A DNA stretch of 64,000 bases, from positions 81,527 to 145,526 of the forward strand of contig JAXMOL010000014.1 of the NCBI GenBank assembly GCA_034669905.1, given 5' to 3'. A model generated the notes under the pieces. The model was not told where the DNA came from, did no database searches, and saw nothing but the letters and a program-made list of their open reading frames with translations. Shown in pieces: positions 58,261-64,000 of the stretch. This DNA comes from Candidatus Hydrogenedentota bacterium. Its GTDB lineage: Bacteria > Hydrogenedentota > Hydrogenedentia > Hydrogenedentales > JAEUWI01. Each line of letters begins with the position of its first letter. Position 1 is the stretch's first letter. The position numbers and the translations under genes were made by a program.

Positions 58261-59175
58261 TTAGAAACCGTCCATCACACGGTTATAGCGACCAAAGGCC
58301 CTCGCGCTATCCGTCGTCATGGGGAACTCTTCGGCGGGGTACTTGATGAAGCGCACGTGCCCATCCATATAGAGCACGTTGCCGCCACCCGGGATGTGGG
58401 AGAAGTCGATGGGGTTGGTCGTTACGTGGTCCCACATGACCGGTACGGTGCTCTGGGCCTGCGCGCCGCCCGCCGGATTGTTGATATCCGTAATCATGAA
58501 GCGCTCGACGCCTTCACGAAGACGGTAGAGCGTATCACCACCCCCCGCCTGGGAACCGGCATTGGCCGCGCTCACGGTGAAATCTTCATCGCTCTGCTCG
58601 CCATTGCTGGCCACGTTTTCCAGGGCCAACTCGCCCCAGGGCGTGCCCGCGAACTCAGCCTCTTCATAACGGCCACCAGGACCCGTGCCCTCGGTGCCAA
58701 TCAGTCCCGTGACGGCACTCAGACCGAGGATGTTTTCATCGTCCATCACCACCCAGCCAGTGTAATCGAAAGGTTCTTTGACCAGTTCACAGGGCTGTAC
58801 GATTCCATCATTGTCCCCTTTGGCCGCATCATAGCGTTCCAGGGCACTCGACTGATTGGGCCAGGAAGGACACCATACGGCATTCACGTCGGCCAGGTAT
58901 TCGGGGATAACCGCTTCCCCATCAAAAATCATCGTATCGCTCAAGGTGAACCCGTCGCAATTGAAGGTTTTGCGCTTGGGGAACTTCTCTCCGCGGGATT
59001 CGTTCGCATACATCTTAAACACCACCCCCATCTGCTTCAGATTGTTCTGGCAGGAGGTGCGGCGAGCCGCTTCCCGGGCGCGGGCAAGGGCGGGCAGTAG
59101 AATTGCAGCCAGAATACCAATGATGGCAATTACCACCAACAATTCAATGAGGGTGAAACCCTTTTTCGCAGGCAT
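58261..59175 (-). CDS. DUF1559-type prepilin with H-X9-DG C-terminal motif
   Basis: [60 protein letters not shown]. Confidence 0.92.
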   Translation of the reverse strand: MPAKKGFTLIELLVVIAIIGILAAILLPALARAREAARRTSCQNNLKQMGVVFKMYANESRGEKFPKRKTFNCDGFTLSDTMIFDGEAVIPEYLADVNAVWCPSWPNQSSALERYDAAKGDNDGIVQPCELVKEPFDYTGWVVMDDENILGLSAVTGLIGTEGTGPGGRYEEAEFAGTPWGELALENVASNGEQSDEDFTVSAANAGSQAGGGDTLYRLREGVERFMITDINNPAGGAQAQSTVPVMWDHVTTNPIDFSHIPGGGNVLYMDGHVRFIKYPAEEFPMTTDSARAFGRYNRVMDGF

Positions 59176-59496
59176 GTTCGTGTCCTTTTCTGGCGGAGCG
59201 GACCGCCGTGGTTGGAGGGCATAGCGTTAAACAGTAAACTATAGGGTCTAATCGCTTGGCTTACGTCGCGAGCAAACCCATCAGGTACCAAATAGAAGCT
59301 CTCGTTGCCTCGTATAAGTTCACATAGTTTAACAAGCGTTGCCACCATCTTGCAAGAGAAAAATATACCGCTGATTCCCTCTATACCCCTGCCAAGCGTC
59401 GCACCCCCCAAAGCACACCCCCGCAACACCGTGCATCCGTCCTCCACACCCTGTTATGATCGGGCCCAATCGTTGTCCCACATCTTGGAGTTCCCC

Positions 59497-61089
59497 ATGT
59501 CGTCCTTGCTCGATTTCTGCCGTGCCCACAAAATTATCACCGCCCTCCTGCTCCTCGTCCTGTTATTCGGACTCTGGTTTCGTGGACGCCTTGCGGGCCC
59601 CCACCCGGGCTATGAGCTGGATTTCCTGGTACCGGAAAACATGGCGGCCGATGCCTCGGGGCTCCAGGTTGGTGTCGCGATGGCCGATATCGGCCCCGAC
59701 TTCGAACAGTATGACCTCTGGGAAGATGTAAACGAGAACAGCAAATATGATGAGGGCATCGACACCTACATCGACCGCAACCAGAATGGAAAGTTTGATG
59801 CCATCTGGATGGCGGGATTTAACTCGAACCGTCCGGCCAAAGGCATCCATGACACCCCCTGGGTTCGCGCCCTGGCCTTGCGAAACAATGGGGTTACCCT
59901 GGTGCTGGTCTCGATTGACAGCGTGGGCATCTTCCACAACGATTTCGTAAGCGTTCGTAAGGCCGTTTCGGATGAACTCGGCATCGACCACATCCTCTTT
60001 TCCAGCAGCCACACCCACGAAACGCCTGACACCATGAAGATCTGGAGCGGCCCCACGCCCATCTTTGGATATGACGAGCGCTACATGGAAATGGTGCGGG
60101 AGCGAACCCGCAACGTCATTGAACAGGCGGTCTATGGCCTGCAGGCGGCGGATATGTATTGCACGACCGTGGAAATTGAGCCCGAGGGCTTCGTAAACGA
60201 TTCCCGCGATCCCATTGTGATGGATGACACCATGTATCTCATGCGCTTCACAAAGCGCAATACGGACAACACCATCGCCACCTTTGTGAATTGGGGCAAC
60301 CACCCCGAAGCCCAGGGCGGAAAGAATGGCTATATCTCTTCGGATTTTCCCCATTGGCTCCGCGAAGGGGTTGAAAAGGGCGTCTCCGACCCGGCAGGCG
60401 TTGAGGGTTTTGGCGGGATGTGCCTCTATTTCCAGGGGCAAATCGGAGGGCTCATGACCCAGCTCCACACCACCGTGCCCCACCGGGATGGCGAGCGAAA
60501 GTTTTCCGAGGACTCCCGTGAGAAAGCCGAAGCCCTGGGAGAGAATCTGGCCATCGTCGCGTGCAACGCCCTTCGCAGTGACTCGGTCTGGAAAAATGAG
60601 AACCCCCGGCTGGCCGTATCGGCACGGACCATTCGCATCCCCGTAACGGGTATGTATAAGTACGCCATGATGTTTGGTCTGCTCCATGAAGGCTATAAAC
60701 TCGGACGGGGTGCACGAACCGAAATTAACGTCGTTCGCATAGGCGGCGTACTCCTCCTCAGTACGCCGGGCGAAATCTATCCGGAGATCGTGGAAGGGGG
60801 CGTGGAAGCCAAGCCCGGCCGGGACTTTGAAATCGAGCCGGTGGAAGTCCCCCCCCTTCGTCACGAGATGGAACGTACCGCACGGATGGCCCTTGTCATT
60901 GGTCTGGCCAATGACCAGATTGGCTACATGGTGCCCAAGAGCCAGTGGGATGTCGAGGCCCCCTTTGTCTATGACAATAAGGCCCAATACGGCGAAGAGA
61001 ATTCAGGTGGCCCTGAAGTGGCCCCCACCATTTACCGCGAATCCTGGAAAATGCTGGAAGAAATGAACGCGGCCTTTCCCAGGGAATAG
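59497..61089 (+). CDS. Neutral/alkaline ceramidase-like membrane-anchored hydrolase
   Basis: GIHD...VRALAL, SSSHTHETPD, NWGNHPE, ISSDFP, PGEIYPE and GLANDQIGY motifs; GGAG RBS. Confidence 0.8.
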   Translation: MSSLLDFCRAHKIITALLLLVLLFGLWFRGRLAGPHPGYELDFLVPENMAADASGLQVGVAMADIGPDFEQYDLWEDVNENSKYDEGIDTYIDRNQNGKFDAIWMAGFNSNRPAKGIHDTPWVRALALRNNGVTLVLVSIDSVGIFHNDFVSVRKAVSDELGIDHILFSSSHTHETPDTMKIWSGPTPIFGYDERYMEMVRERTRNVIEQAVYGLQAADMYCTTVEIEPEGFVNDSRDPIVMDDTMYLMRFTKRNTDNTIATFVNWGNHPEAQGGKNGYISSDFPHWLREGVEKGVSDPAGVEGFGGMCLYFQGQIGGLMTQLHTTVPHRDGERKFSEDSREKAEALGENLAIVACNALRSDSVWKNENPRLAVSARTIRIPVTGMYKYAMMFGLLHEGYKLGRGARTEINVVRIGGVLLLSTPGEIYPEIVEGGVEAKPGRDFEIEPVEVPPLRHEMERTARMALVIGLANDQIGYMVPKSQWDVEAPFVYDNKAQYGEENSGGPEVAPTIYRESWKMLEEMNAAFPRE

Positions 61090-61165
61090 TAAGAGCGCGC
61101 CCCAGGAGGCATCGCACCGCGCGACACGCCAATGACACGCAGGATGTCCGGTCACTCAAGGCGGC

Positions 61166-62419
61166 TCAGGACAACAAGGCTTCCAGGTGTTCTACTGTAC
61201 GTCCCACGGCCCCCTGGTTGGACAGCACGGCCCGCCGCGCGGCCGTGCCCATCTGACGTTGGCGCGCCTTGTCACCCAGCAGGGTGCTGAGCGCGAGATA
61301 GAGGTCTTCGGCGCAGGGCACCTGAACACTTCCCCCCGCCGCGACCAGCACCTGGGCGGCCTCACCGAAATTGCTCATGTAGGGACCAAACACGGTCGGA
61401 ATCCCCAGGGCGGCGGCCTCCAGCGGATTGTGCCCGTTCACCCCGGGATAAAAGCTCCCTCCCACCACCACCACATGGGCCACGGCGTAGAAGGCGCTCA
61501 GTTCTCCCAGGGTATCCATGACGAATACCCGCGCTTCCTCCCGGGCATCGTTACGTCCAAATTCACTTCTAAGGGCCACGGGCTCGCTGAAGGGAGTGAC
61601 CCCTTCTTGCGCCCGATCGAGGTGCCGGGGTGCCAGCACGAGCTTGAGACGGGGAAACTCCTCCCGGAGGGTGGCCCAACAGGCGGAGGCCAGGTCTTCG
61701 TCCCCGGGGCGGGTGCTGGCGAATAGCAGGACCACATCCTCTTCGCGAAGCCCCCACACCGTGCGAATACGCTGCCGCTCCCGGGCGGCGATCGAGGTCG
61801 TTACGGCGTCAAACTTGATGTTTCCCGTTACATGGATACGGGCTCGGTCTACGCCCAAGGCCGCGAGCCGTTCGGCATAGCCGTCGCTCTGCATACAGGC
61901 CACGTCGATATTTCTCACCAATGGACCATACCAGAAGCGGTACCGGGCATAACGGGCCTGGTGTTTATCGCTGAGCCGGCCGTTGGCCAGGAGGACGGGA
62001 ATCTTCTGGCCCTGGCAGGTCGCCAGCACGTTGGGCCACAGCTCTGTTTCAAAGAGCACCAGCGCACAGGGCTGCAGAGCTCCGATAAAGCCACGCACCG
62101 CCCGAGACGTATCAAAGGGAAACCACGTCACGTTGTCCGAGCCGTAAAGCTCCAGCGCCCGTTTGTGTCCTGTCATCGTCGACGTGGTCACCAGGAAGGG
62201 CCGCTCGGGAAAGGTGGCGCGAATGGCCGCCACCAGGGGGCGCGCGGCGTTGACTTCTCCAAGGCTGCAGGCCTGAACCCAAAGGGCACCCTGCTTGTCG
62301 GCGGGTATGGGTGGCGAAAAACGGCTCAGTTGGGGCGCATAGGTGGGTTGGCGACGGAGCCACCACCTGGCCACCGGCGTTAAACATCGAAGCACGAGAT
62401 TATAGAAGAAGAGTCGCAT
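61166..62419 (-). CDS. waaA: 3-deoxy-D-manno-octulosonic acid transferase
   Basis: WVQACSLGEV, FETELWPN, NGRLS, TGNIKFD, ASTRPGDE, APRH, DTLGEL and GHNPLEAA motifs. Confidence 0.93.
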   Translation of the reverse strand: MRLFFYNLVLRCLTPVARWWLRRQPTYAPQLSRFSPPIPADKQGALWVQACSLGEVNAARPLVAAIRATFPERPFLVTTSTMTGHKRALELYGSDNVTWFPFDTSRAVRGFIGALQPCALVLFETELWPNVLATCQGQKIPVLLANGRLSDKHQARYARYRFWYGPLVRNIDVACMQSDGYAERLAALGVDRARIHVTGNIKFDAVTTSIAARERQRIRTVWGLREEDVVLLFASTRPGDEDLASACWATLREEFPRLKLVLAPRHLDRAQEGVTPFSEPVALRSEFGRNDAREEARVFVMDTLGELSAFYAVAHVVVVGGSFYPGVNGHNPLEAAALGIPTVFGPYMSNFGEAAQVLVAAGGSVQVPCAEDLYLALSTLLGDKARQRQMGTAARRAVLSNQGAVGRTVEHLEALLS

Positions 62420-62492
62420 GGGCAAATCAAAAAACGGACGACTCCGAATGGGGGAGTCGTCCGTCTGGGTTACAAGGGTTAGTGTCTTAGGG

Positions 62493-64000
62493 TTACTCGG
62501 CCGAAGCCAAGTCGAAGAAGCGGGCACCGGTGGAATCAATGATGTCCGGGGTCACGAAGATAAGCAGACTGGACTGCGTAACTTCGCTGGACTTGCCGCG
62601 GAAGAAGAATCCGAGAATGGGGATGTCGGCCACGTAGGGCAACTTCTCTTCACTCTTGATGGACTGATCTTGCACGAGGCCACCGAGCACCAGCGTGTCA
62701 CCGTCATGGACGATAACGTTCGTCCAGACTGCCTGCCACGACGTGGTCGGGTAGTTGGTCTCATTGACGATTTCCTGGTCACCCGAGACACTGATGTTCC
62801 GGAAGGTCTTCTCGCCGATACGGGTCCGCACTTCGGGGTTGAGCCACAGGCGAACCTGATCGTTATCCCGAATCTGCGGCGTAACCGAAAGGCCGATACC
62901 GAAGTTGAAGGGCAGCGCCAGCGAGTCGTTAATCAAGACCGGCTGGGTCGTTCCGTTCACGCTGTTACTACCGGGAACCACGCCCGACTGGGAGTAGACC
63001 TGGAAGTATTCCGTCGTATAATCGACGATTACAGCAGGCTTCCGGTTCATCGTTGTGACGCGCGGTGCGCTCAACAGTTCCGATTCTTCCAGACCATTGA
63101 GGTAATCGAAGGTCACGGAGAGGCTGTCACCGCTGCCGTTATCAATGATCGACGTCATCAGGTTGAAGGTCGACGCCGCGGGTCCCGGGCTGGTCATCGC
63201 TTCAGCAACCGTTTCACGAATGGTGTTGCTGAAGGCGTTGGAGCCGTCCGGACGTTCGCTGAGCGAAATCTCTTCCAGCACGTTGTCGCCGTTGATGTCA
63301 TATTCGTAGGTGGACTCTTCCAGTCCCGTGGGCAAGCGCGCGCCGTGATTGCTTTCCGCGTTCACGTCCCACTGGAAACCGACCTTATCCATGTCCGATA
63401 CACGAATCGTCAGGAACTTCGCTTCAATGCTGACCTGTTTGGGCGTAACGTCCAGCTGGGTCAACTGTTCTTCGAAAGAATCCAGGTTCGTCGGGGTATT
63501 CGTCACAATCAGCATGTTGTTGGCAGGATTGTAGATCATGTCCGACAGACGCTCTTCCGAGGAAGGGGCGTACACATCGGGGATCAGACGCTGGAGAAGG
63601 CTCAGGATGGGCGACTCACCTTCGAGCGAACTATTGCCACCAAGGGTAGCACCATCATCCTGGGCATTCAGACCACCACCACGACCACCACCACGACCGC
63701 CGCCGCCGAGTCCGGTACCGGTTCCGGCACCGTCAAGGCCAACAATGAAGTTGGTCGCGGGAATTTCACCTACCTGCGTATCGTCAATCGTGCTGAAAAG
63801 CGCCGCGATGTTCTGGATGGAGGTTACATCTCCGCCACCACCCTGGCCACCGCCAACGCCGCCGCCACCACGACCGCCGCCACCGAAGCCGCCTTGACCG
63901 CCGCCGCCACCGCCGCCGAAGCCGCCACCGCCGCCGCCTAAGCCGCCGCCGCCACCGCCGAAGCCGCCGCTGCCACCGCCGAAGCCGCCGCTACCGCCGC
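62493..64000 (-). CDS. Type II/IV secretion secretin (GspD/PilQ-like), 5' end outside the window
   Basis: KQVSIEAKF, LSAPRVTTMN, GIGLSVTPQI, DGDTLVLGGL and KLPYVADIPILGFFFR motifs. The frame appears to stay open upstream of 63575 through a GGFGGG-rich stretch to the window edge. Confidence 0.9.
   Translation of the reverse strand, partial: GGSGGFGGGSGGFGGGGGGLGGGGGGFGGGGGGGQGGFGGGGRGGGGVGGGQGGGGDVTSIQNIAALFSTIDDTQVGEIPATNFIVGLDGAGTGTGLGGGGRGGGRGGGLNAQDDGATLGGNSSLEGESPILSLLQRLIPDVYAPSSEERLSDMIYNPANNMLIVTNTPTNLDSFEEQLTQLDVTPKQVSIEAKFLTIRVSDMDKVGFQWDVNAESNHGARLPTGLEESTYEYDINGDNVLEEISLSERPDGSNAFSNTIRETVAEAMTSPGPAASTFNLMTSIIDNGSGDSLSVTFDYLNGLEESELLSAPRVTTMNRKPAVIVDYTTEYFQVYSQSGVVPGSNSVNGTTQPVLINDSLALPFNFGIGLSVTPQIRDNDQVRLWLNPEVRTRIGEKTFRNISVSGDQEIVNETNYPTTSWQAVWTNVIVHDGDTLVLGGLVQDQSIKSEEKLPYVADIPILGFFFRGKSSEVTQSSLLIFVTPDIIDSTGARFFDLASAE

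Overview
GC-rich bacterial chromosomal segment with about 35 protein-coding genes. I recognised no rRNA, tRNA, CRISPR array, integrase or transposase. The GEGEGE linkers, EF-hand-like surface repeats, DUF1559/H-X9-DG prepilin, sulfatases and WaaA suggest a diderm, possibly Candidatus Hydrogenedentota (inference only). Gene content covers secreted hydrolases (two sulfatases, phosphoesterase, sialidase, ceramidase-like protein, M28, tricorn and lysyl-endopeptidase-like proteases) and an ACAD10/11-like dehydrogenase plus kinase pair. It also includes two giant paralogous surface proteins, hisS, an octaheme TPR cytochrome, an ECF sigma/anti-sigma/DUF4097 operon, sugar-nucleotide genes, waaA and a secretin cut by the window edge. 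Three signals stand out. (1) A four-helix-bundle gene is enclosed by inverted arrays of the same 7-bp units (8 units upstream, 29 downstream), and related gene-less 7-, 9- and 10-bp arrays are scattered through intergenic DNA. (2) Three exported proteins share a C-terminal tail, Cys-x12-Asp-TM-basic, that looks like a lineage-specific sorting signal. (3) Several REP-like palindromic families are present, plus a strong orphan promoter followed by a structured candidate sRNA.
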